A stretch of 30,108 bases of DNA from a virus (taxonomy: Duplodnaviria > Caudoviricetes): the IMG/VR virus record IMGVR_UViG_3300010376_000101, positions 1-30,108 of that record; one strand, written 5' to 3'. This document shows positions 7,195 to 16,042 of the stretch, in pieces. Each line of letters opens with the position of its first letter. The first letter of the stretch is position 1. The notes beneath the pieces are model-generated. The model saw nothing but the letters and a program-made list of their open reading frames with translations, made no database searches and was not told where the DNA came from. Made by a program: the position numbers and the translations under genes.

Positions 7195-9624
7195 ATGGCC
7201 GGGAACGCAACCGCCCCCTTTGCCATCGCGCCGCCGGGGCAGAGCCAGCCAACCACACCCGCACCCGTGTTCCCGTCAGGTTCCGGCGGTGGGCCGGGCA
7301 GCGCGCCCACCGGCACGCAGAGCCTCGGTGCCACCAACCCGCAGGGCGCGGGGCTGGGCGGCAGCCAGATGCCGCGCGCGACGAGCGTGGGCGGCGTGCT
7401 CGCGATCAAGAACGCAGCGGCCACCACGCAGACCATCATCGCCGAACAGATTCGCGCGGCGGCTACGGTGAACGCCACCAGCGTAATGATGGGGCTGGTG
7501 GGGACGCTCAGGCAGTGGTGGTTCTGGAGCCGCACCGCCAAGCAGCAGACCATCAGCGAGTTCATGCTGCAGTGCATCCGCCAGCGCCGGGGCGAGTACG
7601 ACCCCGCCAGCCTCGCGCAACTGCAGCGCGACGGCGGCTCGAACATCTACATGCGCCTGACCGACAGCAAGTGCCGCTCGGCGCTCGCGTGGCTGCAGGA
7701 CATCCTGCTGTCCACTGACGAGGATGACAAGCCGTGGGCGATCAAGCCCACACCGATTCCCGACCTGCCGCCGGACCACCAGGAGGCGATCATCAACGCG
7801 GGCGCGCAGACCGTGCAGCAGATGCAGCAGAGCGGCATCACGCTGAACATGGCGCAGATCGAAGACCTGCTGCTGGAGATGAAGTCGGTCACGCTGAACA
7901 AGATGTACGACGAGGCCAAGAAGTCCACCGACCTGATGTCGAAAAAGATGCAGGACCAGTTGATCGAGGGCAACTGGATGAACGCGATGTCGGAGTTTCT
8001 GAACGACTTCGTGACGTTTCCCTCGGCCATCCTGAAGGGGCCGGTGATCCGCAACAAGCCGCGCCTCGCGTGGGTGCAGCGCGCCGGGCAGTGGGCCTGC
8101 GACGTGCAGATTCAACTGGTGATGGAGTGGGAGCGGGTCGATCCGTGGAACCTCTATCCGTCGCCCGCCGCCGTTACGCCGCAGGATGGCTACCTCATCG
8201 AGTACCACATGCTCGAACCGTTCGAGCTTGAAGAATTCATCGGCGTCGAGGGGTACAGTGACGCGGCGATCCGCGCCGTGCTGATGGAGTACGGGCCGAC
8301 CGGCAAGAACGGCACGCAGGACTGGACCACGTGGGAACTGACGAAGAACCTCGCCGAGGGCAAAAGCACGACTGCCGTCTCGAACAACATCGAAGGCAAG
8401 ATCGCGGCGCTGCAGTGCTGGGGCAAGGTCAGCGGTCAGGAACTGCTGGACTGGGGCATGGACGAGTCGCAGGTGCCCGACCCGACCAAGAACTACGAAA
8501 TCGAGGCGTGGCTGATCGATCGCTGGGTCATCAAGGCCGTCATCAATCCCGACAAGCTCGGACGCCGCCCCTACTACATGTCGAGCTTCGTGAAGACGCC
8601 CGGCAGCTTTTGGGGGCAGGGGCTGTGTCAGGTGATCCGCGACATCCAGTCGATGTGCAACACGGTGGCGCGCGGTATCGCCGACAACGTGGCGCTCGCC
8701 AGCGGCCCGCAGGTGGCGATCAACGTCGAGCGCGTGCCGATGGGGCAGGACATCACGCGCCTCACGCCGTGGCAAATCTGGCAGACTACCAGCGACCCGA
8801 TGAACAGCGCCCAGCCGCCGATCATCTTCTTCCAGCCGGACGACCGCACCGCGCAGTTGCTGAACTGCTACAGTGCGTTCGCGGCGATGGCCGACGACAT
8901 CACCGGCATTCCGAAGTACCTGTCCGGTCAGGTCGCGCCGAACATCGGGCGCACCGCGAGCGGCCTGCAGACCATGATGCAGAACGCGGGCAAGACCCTG
9001 AAGCAGGCCCTGAAGCAGATCGACACTGATGTGATCGAGCCGAGCGTCACGCGTCTCTACTATTACAACATGCTCTACGGAACCGATCCTGATCTGAAGG
9101 GAGACGTTAACATCTATGCCCGTGGCTCTGCGCAACTGATCGCACAGGAAGCGGCAGCGCAGCGGCGCAACGAGTTCCTGCAACTCGTGCTGAACAGTCC
9201 GGTTGCGCAGCAGGTGGTGGGCCAGAAGGGGACAGCGGCACTGCTTCGTCAGGCGTCGAAGGGTCTGGATGTCGATCCGGACGACCTCGTGCCACCCGCC
9301 GCGATTGCCGACCTGCAGGCGCAGATTTCCCAGCGCATGGCGGCTGCGTCTGCCGCGCAGGCAGCGATGCAGGGTGGCGGCACGCCGCCGCCGGGCTCAC
9401 CACCTGCGCCGATGGGTGGCATCCCCGGTGTGGGCACACCGATGCCACCGCAGGGCACGCAGGGCGTACCGGCACAACCCGGCGGCATGCGCGGCCTGCC
9501 CGGCATGCCCGCACCGCAGGCGGTCGCCCCGCCCCAGCGCGCGGCCATGCCGATTCCGCCCGCCCGCATGCTGCCTTCGGGCGGCCCGGTGGCTAATGCC
9601 TTCCCGGCACGGAGGGCGGCGTGA
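7195..9624 (+). CDS. Portal (head-tail connector) protein with Pro/Gly/Gln-rich termini
   Basis: 809 aa following terL, AAGGAG SD; portal-like motifs RVDPWNLYPSP, PGSFWGQGL...IRDIQ and ADDITGIP...RTASG. Confidence 0.85.
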   Translation: MAGNATAPFAIAPPGQSQPTTPAPVFPSGSGGGPGSAPTGTQSLGATNPQGAGLGGSQMPRATSVGGVLAIKNAAATTQTIIAEQIRAAATVNATSVMMGLVGTLRQWWFWSRTAKQQTISEFMLQCIRQRRGEYDPASLAQLQRDGGSNIYMRLTDSKCRSALAWLQDILLSTDEDDKPWAIKPTPIPDLPPDHQEAIINAGAQTVQQMQQSGITLNMAQIEDLLLEMKSVTLNKMYDEAKKSTDLMSKKMQDQLIEGNWMNAMSEFLNDFVTFPSAILKGPVIRNKPRLAWVQRAGQWACDVQIQLVMEWERVDPWNLYPSPAAVTPQDGYLIEYHMLEPFELEEFIGVEGYSDAAIRAVLMEYGPTGKNGTQDWTTWELTKNLAEGKSTTAVSNNIEGKIAALQCWGKVSGQELLDWGMDESQVPDPTKNYEIEAWLIDRWVIKAVINPDKLGRRPYYMSSFVKTPGSFWGQGLCQVIRDIQSMCNTVARGIADNVALASGPQVAINVERVPMGQDITRLTPWQIWQTTSDPMNSAQPPIIFFQPDDRTAQLLNCYSAFAAMADDITGIPKYLSGQVAPNIGRTASGLQTMMQNAGKTLKQALKQIDTDVIEPSVTRLYYYNMLYGTDPDLKGDVNIYARGSAQLIAQEAAAQRRNEFLQLVLNSPVAQQVVGQKGTAALLRQASKGLDVDPDDLVPPAAIADLQAQISQRMAAASAAQAAMQGGGTPPPGSPPAPMGGIPGVGTPMPPQGTQGVPAQPGGMRGLPGMPAPQAVAPPQRAAMPIPPARMLPSGGPVANAFPARRAA

Positions 9625-9752
9625 AGCGACGTATCGCCATCCGGTGGACATGCTCGAACTACTGCCACCACCAGCACCGCACCCGGTTCGGTGCGTGGCT
9701 GTGCGGGCGTGTCCAGTACCTGTGGCACCGGCTGCTTCGCCTTGACAGTTAA
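9621..9752 (+). CDS. Small Cys/His/Trp-rich hypothetical protein, 43 aa (MKRRIAIRWTCSNYCHHQHRTRFGAWLCGRVQYLWHRLLRLDS)
   Basis: Hand-translated. GGAGG SD, GTGA overlap with the portal stop, fills the gap. Confidence 0.6.
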   Translation: MKRRIAIRWTCSNYCHHQHRTRFGAWLCGRVQYLWHRLLRLDS

Positions 9753-9770
9753 CAATCACATGACTAACGT
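9742..9770 (+). promoter_or_regulatory. Sigma70-like promoter upstream of the scaffold/capsid genes
   Basis: TTGACA-17 nt-TAACGT; the predicted TSS falls almost on ATG 9779. Confidence 0.55.
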
Positions 9771-9778
9771 TCCGACAG

Positions 9779-9985
9779 ATGCTGAACACTGACGCCAACA
9801 CCCAACGCGGGCTGGCGCAACTCAGCCCGGCAGTGAAGGCCATGCTGACCGACGAGTTGATGACGGTCCTCGACCAGCTTATCGAGGCCCCTGACACGGT
9901 GCTGCTGTACCGTTTGCAGGGCCGCGCGAAGCTGCTGAAAGACGTGCTTCGGATGATCGAACACGCCGAGTCCCATCAACGCTAG
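9779..9985 (+). CDS. Small helical protein between portal and scaffold
   Basis: 68 aa with motif LYRLQGRAKLLKDVL, typical of the small ORF found after portals in podoviruses; no SD (possibly leaderless). Confidence 0.7.
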   Translation: MLNTDANTQRGLAQLSPAVKAMLTDELMTVLDQLIEAPDTVLLYRLQGRAKLLKDVLRMIEHAESHQR

Positions 9986-9995
9986 GAGTCAAGAC

Positions 9996-11078
9996 ATGCC
10001 TCTCCCGAAATCGGTTGTCGCCCAGGCCGCCGAGGCGGACCGTATGGTCCGCGTCATCAACGGCACCGCGCAACCCGGTGACGAAACTGCCGGGGTGGAC
10101 CCCGCCACCCTCCCACCCGCGCTGAACGATGTCGCGCCGCCCGGCCAGCCTGCCAAGCAGGCACGGCAGCGCGTACCCGCGCCACAGCCGCCCGCGCCGC
10201 CTCCGGCGACACCCCCTGCACACCATGCGCAGCCTCCTGCCACGCCTCCAGCCCAGCCCGGCGAGACGTGGGAGCAGCGTTACCACGTGCTGCAGGGCAA
10301 GTACAACGCCGAGGTGCCAGCCCTGCAGACCCAGTTGACCAACGCGATGGCCGCAATGGGCAACATGGGCCGCGAACTGGACAACCTGAAGACGCAGGTG
10401 GCACAGCGCCCGGCAGCCCCACCCCAGCAGCCCACGGCCCCGCCGCCGAGCTTCAGTCCCCAGGACGAGCAGACGTGGGGCGCGGACATGCTGGACATGG
10501 TGCGCCGGGGCGCGGCACAGGAAGCGCAGCGCCTGATGGAGCCGGTGGTGGCCGAGAACACGCGGCTGCGCGCCGAACTGGCGACGCTCAAGGGGACCAC
10601 GGATCGTGTCGTGCAGACGCAGCAGCAGACCCGCGAGGAAGTGTTCTACCAGCGTCTGGCCGAACTGATCGGCTCCGACTGGCAGCAGCAGAACAACGAC
10701 CCCGGTTTTCTGCAGTGGCTTGCCGTAATGGAGCCAATGCTGGGCAAGACCCGGCAGGAGCTTATCAAGCAGGCCGCCGAAGCGCTCGACGCGCAGCGCG
10801 TCGCAGTGTTCTTCAACAGTTACCGGGCGACGTTGCCACCCCCTGCGGCAACACCGCCTCAAACCGAACTCGGGCGGCAGGTCACGCCAACGGGCACACG
10901 CGCAGCGGCGCAGCCGGTCGCAACGGGTAGTGCAGGGACAATTGAAATCTGGTCGCCGGACGAGATTAACCAGTTCTACACGGACGTGTCGCGAGGCAGG
11001 TATCGCAACAACCCGCAGGAACAGGAGCGTCTGAACAAGGCAATCACGCAGGCCGTCGCTGAAGGACGCGTCAGATAG
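9996..11078 (+). CDS. Capsid assembly scaffolding protein
   Basis: Pro/Gln-rich N-terminus, WEQRYHVLQGKYNAEVP coiled coil, C-terminal AVAEGRVR; directly upstream of the major capsid; AGGAG SD. Confidence 0.8.
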   Translation: MPLPKSVVAQAAEADRMVRVINGTAQPGDETAGVDPATLPPALNDVAPPGQPAKQARQRVPAPQPPAPPPATPPAHHAQPPATPPAQPGETWEQRYHVLQGKYNAEVPALQTQLTNAMAAMGNMGRELDNLKTQVAQRPAAPPQQPTAPPPSFSPQDEQTWGADMLDMVRRGAAQEAQRLMEPVVAENTRLRAELATLKGTTDRVVQTQQQTREEVFYQRLAELIGSDWQQQNNDPGFLQWLAVMEPMLGKTRQELIKQAAEALDAQRVAVFFNSYRATLPPPAATPPQTELGRQVTPTGTRAAAQPVATGSAGTIEIWSPDEINQFYTDVSRGRYRNNPQEQERLNKAITQAVAEGRVR

Positions 11079-11115
11079 TCCAACGGTGGGCGGCGTTACT
11101 CAAGGAGAGTAGGCG

Positions 11116-12081
11116 ATGCCCACCGTATTCCCGATCCTGCCGGGGTCACCGTTCGACGTGACCCCGGAATATTCCGGCAACTTCATTCCGGCCATCTGGT
11201 CGGGCAAGCTGCAGGAGAAGTTCTACGCAGCGTCCACGTTCGCTGATGTGGCCAACACCGACTGGGAAGGCGACATCAAGGGCATGGGCGACACTGTGTA
11301 CATCAACACGATCCCGACTGTCGTCATCAACGACTATCAGGTTGGGATGACCCTGAACTATCAGGTGCCGACCTCCGACAAGCTCGCCCTGCAGATCAAC
11401 CAGGGCAAGTATTTCGGCGTGCAGGTCAATGACGTGCTGTCGTATCAGGCCAAGCCGAACCTCATGGACATGTTCACCGCCGACGCGGGCGAACAACTCA
11501 AGGTGGCCATCGACCGCGACAACTGGGCGGCGACGTTCAATCAGGGCAGCGCCGCCAACATGGGTGCCAACGCAGGTGCCATCAGCGGTGCCTACGACCT
11601 CGGCACGGACGCAGCCCCGGTTCACCTCTCGGGCGCGAACATCCTGCAGGTGATTACCTCCCTGTCGTCTGCACTCGATGAGCAGAACGTCCCCGAGTCG
11701 GACCGGTGGCTCGTCCTCACGCCTTACGACCGCCAGATGCTGATGGCCTCGCCGCTTGCACAGGCGCAGTTCATGGGCGACCCGACCAGCATCATCCGCA
11801 ACGGGCGTATCGGCACTATCGACCGTTTCACGGTCTACGTGTCGAACCTGACGCCGCAGGGCGCAGCAGGCATGAACTGGGACGGCACGGCCAACGCAGC
11901 GCTGCCGAAGCGGCATACAATCATCGGTGGCCACAAGTCGGCGCTCTCCTTCGCCAGCCAGATCAGCAAGGTGGAAAGCCTGCCGAACCCCACGGACTTC
12001 GGTCAACTGGTACGTGGCCTCAATGTCTACGGTCGCCTCGTGAGCAAGCCGGAAGCGCTCGCACTGGCCATCGTGAACTAA
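11116..12081 (+). CDS. Major capsid protein
   Basis: FIPAIWSGKLQEKFY...NTDWEGDIKGMGDTVYI...LDEQNVPESDRWLV...FGQLVRGLNVYG pattern of P22/N4-like coat proteins; AAGGAG SD. Confidence 0.9.
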   Translation: MPTVFPILPGSPFDVTPEYSGNFIPAIWSGKLQEKFYAASTFADVANTDWEGDIKGMGDTVYINTIPTVVINDYQVGMTLNYQVPTSDKLALQINQGKYFGVQVNDVLSYQAKPNLMDMFTADAGEQLKVAIDRDNWAATFNQGSAANMGANAGAISGAYDLGTDAAPVHLSGANILQVITSLSSALDEQNVPESDRWLVLTPYDRQMLMASPLAQAQFMGDPTSIIRNGRIGTIDRFTVYVSNLTPQGAAGMNWDGTANAALPKRHTIIGGHKSALSFASQISKVESLPNPTDFGQLVRGLNVYGRLVSKPEALALAIVN

Positions 12082-12091
12082 GGAGCGCGCC

Positions 12092-12478
12092 ATGAGCATT
12101 GCATCGAAGATGTCTGCAATGGGGTTGTGGCCGGAAGCGTTTCAGGACGTGCAGTTCGTGCACGCGGCGGGCACCACCGAGGCGACCGCCAACCGCGCGG
12201 AACTCTCGGCCACGCTCGTGATCGCGGGCGGCACGGGTGGCGTCGTCATGGATGGCGGCGGCTCGCCCGGCGACGAAATGATGGTCGTGAACGCCACCGC
12301 CGGATCAGCGAACCTCTACCCGGCAGTCGGCGCACAGATCAACGGCGCTGGCGCGGGCACGGCGCTCGCCGTGACGAACGGCCACGCCACGACCCTGCTC
12401 TGCCTCGTGCCGGGCCACTGGTTCGTGGTGGCGGACGTAGCGCTCACCGGCACGATCCCGACGCAGCCATCGCCGTAA
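12092..12478 (+). CDS. Putative capsid decoration/cement or minor virion protein
   Basis: Ala/Gly/Thr-rich beta-type protein directly after the major capsid; AAGGAG SD. Function by position only. Confidence 0.55.
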   Translation: MSIASKMSAMGLWPEAFQDVQFVHAAGTTEATANRAELSATLVIAGGTGGVVMDGGGSPGDEMMVVNATAGSANLYPAVGAQINGAGAGTALAVTNGHATTLLCLVPGHWFVVADVALTGTIPTQPSP

Positions 12479-12488
12479 GGGGCGCGAC

Positions 12489-13220
12489 GTGGGAGCCTAC
12501 GTCACGTGCCAGATGGTCAATGAACGCGTCCTGTACCAGATGCAGGACGTGGGGATGCCCGCGAACCCGCAGAGCGGTACGCCCACGCCCGGCGGGATCG
12601 TGACGCAGTATGGAAACATCCGCTGGACCGTCGAGGAAATTCTTGACTGGATCACCGACGCCCAGCGGGCTATCACCCTGCTGCGCCCGAACTCGAACAA
12701 CTTCGTCGGCGTCATCCCGCTCGCGCAGGGACCGCGCCAGAAGCTGCCCAACGGCGGCTGGTTCCTGCTGACCGTGAACAACAACATGGACTCGACCGGC
12801 ACGAAGTACGGGCGCGCCATCACGCTGACCACGTTCGACATGCTCAACCGCGAGAATCCGAACTGGCGCAGCGACCCGCCCAGTTCCATCGCGTACAACT
12901 ACACCTTCGACCTCACGGACCAGAAGGCGTTTTTCGTCTGGCCTCCTAACGATGGCACCGGCTACTGTGAGTGCAACTGGGTCAAGACGCCCGACCAGCA
13001 CACTGACATGACGCAGATCATCGAGCTTGACGACATCTTCATGCCGATCATCGTTGACTACTGCTGCATGCGCGCGTCCATGAAGGACGCCGAGTATGGT
13101 CCGGGGCTGGAGTATTCGAAGTATTTTCAGGGCCTCTTTATGGCGCAACTCACCGGCAAGGATCAGGCAGAGAAAGAGCAGTCGCCTGACGCCGCGCTAC
13201 CGACAAAGAGTAACCGCTGA
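12489..13220 (+). CDS. Head-tail adaptor-like protein (DUF6682-like)
   Basis: GTG start; RWTVEEILDWITDAQRAITLLRP and IVDYCCMRASMKDAEY motifs; typical position after the capsid. Confidence 0.65.
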   Translation: MGAYVTCQMVNERVLYQMQDVGMPANPQSGTPTPGGIVTQYGNIRWTVEEILDWITDAQRAITLLRPNSNNFVGVIPLAQGPRQKLPNGGWFLLTVNNNMDSTGTKYGRAITLTTFDMLNRENPNWRSDPPSSIAYNYTFDLTDQKAFFVWPPNDGTGYCECNWVKTPDQHTDMTQIIELDDIFMPIIVDYCCMRASMKDAEYGPGLEYSKYFQGLFMAQLTGKDQAEKEQSPDAALPTKSNR

Positions 13221-13930
13221 TGCAACCCGTCACGCCACTGACGCCCCAGCCGCTACCGCGCGCCTACACCTCGTTCGAGTCGATGTGCGACGAGGTGCGC
13301 ATCTATGCGCCGAACGTGAGCGACCGGCAGGCGCTGCACGTGGTGCGTCTGTCGGCCATCGACTTCTGCAGGCAGACCGGGTTGTGGATCGACTACATGA
13401 CGCCCATCGTCGGGCAGGCCATGCAGCCCGAGTACGACATCCCGACGCCCGCGAACTCGATCATCAGCTACCTGTCGGAGTGCTGGTATGGCAGCGTGCG
13501 TATCGACCCGCAGAGCATCGAGCAGTTGAAGAAGCGCTATGTGAATGACTGGACCGACATCTCGATCTACAACGGGCCGCCGGTCTGGTACACGCACACT
13601 GACCTGTGCCGTATTCGCCTCGTGCCATGCCCGCGTGACAACACCGCGACGCCGCTCGACGCGATCACCGGATTCATGTGCCTGCAGCCGACGCTCGACA
13701 GCCTCGGCATGCCCAGCGAAATCGCCGTGCGCTGGATCGAGGGCATCGGCTTCGGCGCACGCGCGCGGCTGTACCAGACACCGGACACACCGTTCTACAA
13801 CCCGGCCATCGGTGCGCAGTACGAGCGCAAGGCGATGAACGAAATCGCCAAGGCGAAGATTCAGGCGAACATGGCGCGCGGGCGCGGGCCACTCACGATC
13901 AACAAGAAGCCGTGGCCGTGGGGAGCATGA
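13220..13930 (+). CDS. Putative tail adaptor / tail tubular protein
   Basis: TGATG coupling, SAIDFCRQTGLW motif; assignment by position. Confidence 0.55.
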   Translation: MQPVTPLTPQPLPRAYTSFESMCDEVRIYAPNVSDRQALHVVRLSAIDFCRQTGLWIDYMTPIVGQAMQPEYDIPTPANSIISYLSECWYGSVRIDPQSIEQLKKRYVNDWTDISIYNGPPVWYTHTDLCRIRLVPCPRDNTATPLDAITGFMCLQPTLDSLGMPSEIAVRWIEGIGFGARARLYQTPDTPFYNPAIGAQYERKAMNEIAKAKIQANMARGRGPLTINKKPWPWGA

Positions 13931-13931
13931 C

Positions 13932-14378
13932 ATGACCTGCTGCAATGACAATGTGATCCAGCTAGTGCAGGGCGACACGCGGCCATCGCTGCAACTCGTG
14001 CTGTATGACGCACAGAACAACACCGCCTATGACCTGAGTGACATCGGCACGCAGGTGTTCTTCATCCTGAACAGGCAGGGCAGCACGAATGCCAAGGAAG
14101 CGATCCTGTGCCAGAAGCTGCCGGGCACCGTCGATGCCAATGGTCAGGTCACCTACCCGCCCGCATTCAGCGTGCCGGGCTCGGGTGGCCGCGTTGAGGT
14201 GCACTGGACCGATACCGCGCTCGATACCTCGGGGAGCTTTAACGGCAAGCTGCAGATTTACTGGAATGACGGCACGATCCAGACTACCTTCGACAGCATG
14301 ACGATCCAGATCAGTCCGGCGTGGACCGGCCTGCCGATGGGTCCACAACTGCCGCCAGCGGTGGGAGCGATGGCATGA
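13932..14378 (+). CDS. BppU-N-like virion protein
   Basis: IQLVQGDTRPSLQLVL and GKLQIYWNDGTIQT resemble the BppU N-terminal Ig-like domain. Confidence 0.55.
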   Translation: MTCCNDNVIQLVQGDTRPSLQLVLYDAQNNTAYDLSDIGTQVFFILNRQGSTNAKEAILCQKLPGTVDANGQVTYPPAFSVPGSGGRVEVHWTDTALDTSGSFNGKLQIYWNDGTIQTTFDSMTIQISPAWTGLPMGPQLPPAVGAMA

Positions 14379-14998
14379 AGTGCGATACGCGTGCGCTCAC
14401 CTACCAGTGGTGGAGCGAGCATCTGAAGGCACAGCAGACCGGTGGCAGCACCTGCATGCAGGCGCAGCCGCAGGAACTGTTCACCTTCGACACGTACCCG
14501 CAGAGCCGGTCGCTGAACCGCATGCTCAACGATGACCAGCCGGTGGTGGATAACTTCTGGTGGCACTTCACGCTGGGCCTGAAGGATTTTCCCGACACCG
14601 TGGTGATGGCGGACGACTGGGAGCGTGTGGTGCACTACGAGCGCACGTTCGTCAGTTCGGTAGTGCCGGTCGATGCCTTCCAGATCGACGTGAAGTGGAT
14701 CAGGCGTTTTTATGACGACCCGGTAGTTATAACTGACGCGGTGAAATTTTACATAAGACCCGCAGTCAAGCAGGACATCGTGGTGATGGACGATGCCCTC
14801 ACATGGAAGCTGCACAAGGTGTTCGCCGACACCGTGATGATTAGCGACTCGTTTACCAACGGCCACAATCAGGCCGAGTCGGACAGCGCGACGGTCACCG
14901 ATCACGGTGCGATTCTCAGCCAGAGCTATTTCGATCATACCGGCAGTCCTAACGGTTACTTTGCCGCCGACTACTTCGGCTACGGCTATACGTGGTAG
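14375..14998 (+). CDS. Putative virion structural protein
   Basis: Start moved to ATG 14375 (ATGA overlap, GGGAG SD); loose D-x-V-V-x-x-D repeats and a C-terminal YFAADYFG. Confidence 0.6.
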   Translation: MKCDTRALTYQWWSEHLKAQQTGGSTCMQAQPQELFTFDTYPQSRSLNRMLNDDQPVVDNFWWHFTLGLKDFPDTVVMADDWERVVHYERTFVSSVVPVDAFQIDVKWIRRFYDDPVVITDAVKFYIRPAVKQDIVVMDDALTWKLHKVFADTVMISDSFTNGHNQAESDSATVTDHGAILSQSYFDHTGSPNGYFAADYFGYGYTW

Positions 14999-15006
14999 GA
15001 GCGCTC

Positions 15007-15450
15007 ATGTTCAACGATTTCGTCAAGATGCGCGGCAAGGTGAAGATCGCGCTGTATCGAGCCGATGGCACGCGTGAATACCGCTGCTGGAACAACCTCG
15101 TGATGACCGTGGGCAAGTCCTTCATCGCGAGCCGCATGGTGGGCGCGACGCCCTCCGTCATGACCGGCATGGCCGTGGGCACGGACAGCACGGCTCCGGC
15201 GGTCGGGCAGACCACGCTCGTCGCCGAAGTGGCGGGCAGCCGTGTGAACTTCGACAGCGCAGGCGCTGCCGGTCAGGTGGTGACCTACACGGCCACCTTT
15301 GGTCCCGGCATCGGCACGGGTGCGCTGCAGGAGGCGGGCATCTTCAACGACCCGGCGGCGGGCATCATGCTCGCGCGGGTGACCTACCCGGTGGTCAACA
15401 AGGGGGCCAACGACACCATGTCGGTGACGTGGACCGTGACGGTGACCTGA
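15007..15450 (+). CDS. Tail-fibre attachment / collar-type protein
   Basis: ATG 15007 with AGGAG SD; NNLVMTVGK...MAVGTDSTAP...LQEAGIFN motif common in phage tail proteins. Confidence 0.65.
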   Translation: MFNDFVKMRGKVKIALYRADGTREYRCWNNLVMTVGKSFIASRMVGATPSVMTGMAVGTDSTAPAVGQTTLVAEVAGSRVNFDSAGAAGQVVTYTATFGPGIGTGALQEAGIFNDPAAGIMLARVTYPVVNKGANDTMSVTWTVTVT

Positions 15451-15451
15451 C

Positions 15452-15709
15452 ATGTCCACACCATCCGAAATGGCCGGGCTGGTACCTGCGCCGAACGTGC
15501 CGCTGAACCCGGCGCAGACGCAGCTAACGCTGCGGCTCGTCAAGGGTACGCCGCTCACGAATCAGGAAGGCGACAACAACTGGACCAACCTGAACGCGGG
15601 CAAGCTCGACGTGGCCAACAACCTCGGCGATGTCACCAACGTGCCGCAGGCGCAGATCAACCTCGGCGTGCCCGATGTCGCCATCGTGTACGCGATTGCC
15701 TTGGGGTAA
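15452..15709 (+). CDS. Short tail-fibre-related protein (85 aa)
   Basis: KGTPLTNQEGDNNWTNLN, NNLGDV...AQINLGV fibre repeat and C-terminal YAIALG. Confidence 0.65.
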   Translation: MSTPSEMAGLVPAPNVPLNPAQTQLTLRLVKGTPLTNQEGDNNWTNLNAGKLDVANNLGDVTNVPQAQINLGVPDVAIVYAIALG

Positions 15710-15712
15710 GCC

Positions 15713-16042
15713 ATGCCCTCAGTCCTGACCTCGACTCCCGCCGCTGCCGTGGGGCAGAGCAAGGTGGTCGTGTACACCGCGCCGACGAGTCCGGCCACGA
15801 CTGCGACGATCATTGGCTGCACCTGCTCGAATACCGGTGCAGCAGTCCAGCATGGCAGCGTGTTCATGCGGCGCGCCGCTGTTGATTATTCAATCATCAC
15901 CAACGGCGTCATACCGGTGGGCAACACGCTCGCCGTAGTCGGCGAGGAAGGCAAGACCGTGCTGCAGCCGGGCGACTCCATCGTGGCAGTCGTGGACGTG
16001 GGCACGATGGATGTGATTGTGTCGCATCTGGAGCAAACGTAA
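15713..16042 (+). CDS. Small virion/tail protein (109 aa)
   Basis: VYTAP...ATIIG...KTVLQPGDSI pattern; coupled to the next gene (TAATG). Confidence 0.65.
   Translation: MPSVLTSTPAAAVGQSKVVVYTAPTSPATTATIIGCTCSNTGAAVQHGSVFMRRAAVDYSIITNGVIPVGNTLAVVGEEGKTVLQPGDSIVAVVDVGTMDVIVSHLEQT

Noticed and set aside
7276-9183. Long antisense ORFs (also 11146..12099, 21517..23526, 19648..21012, 27465..28640)
   Set aside because: Typical reverse-frame shadows of GC3-biased genes; no SD or recognisable motifs.
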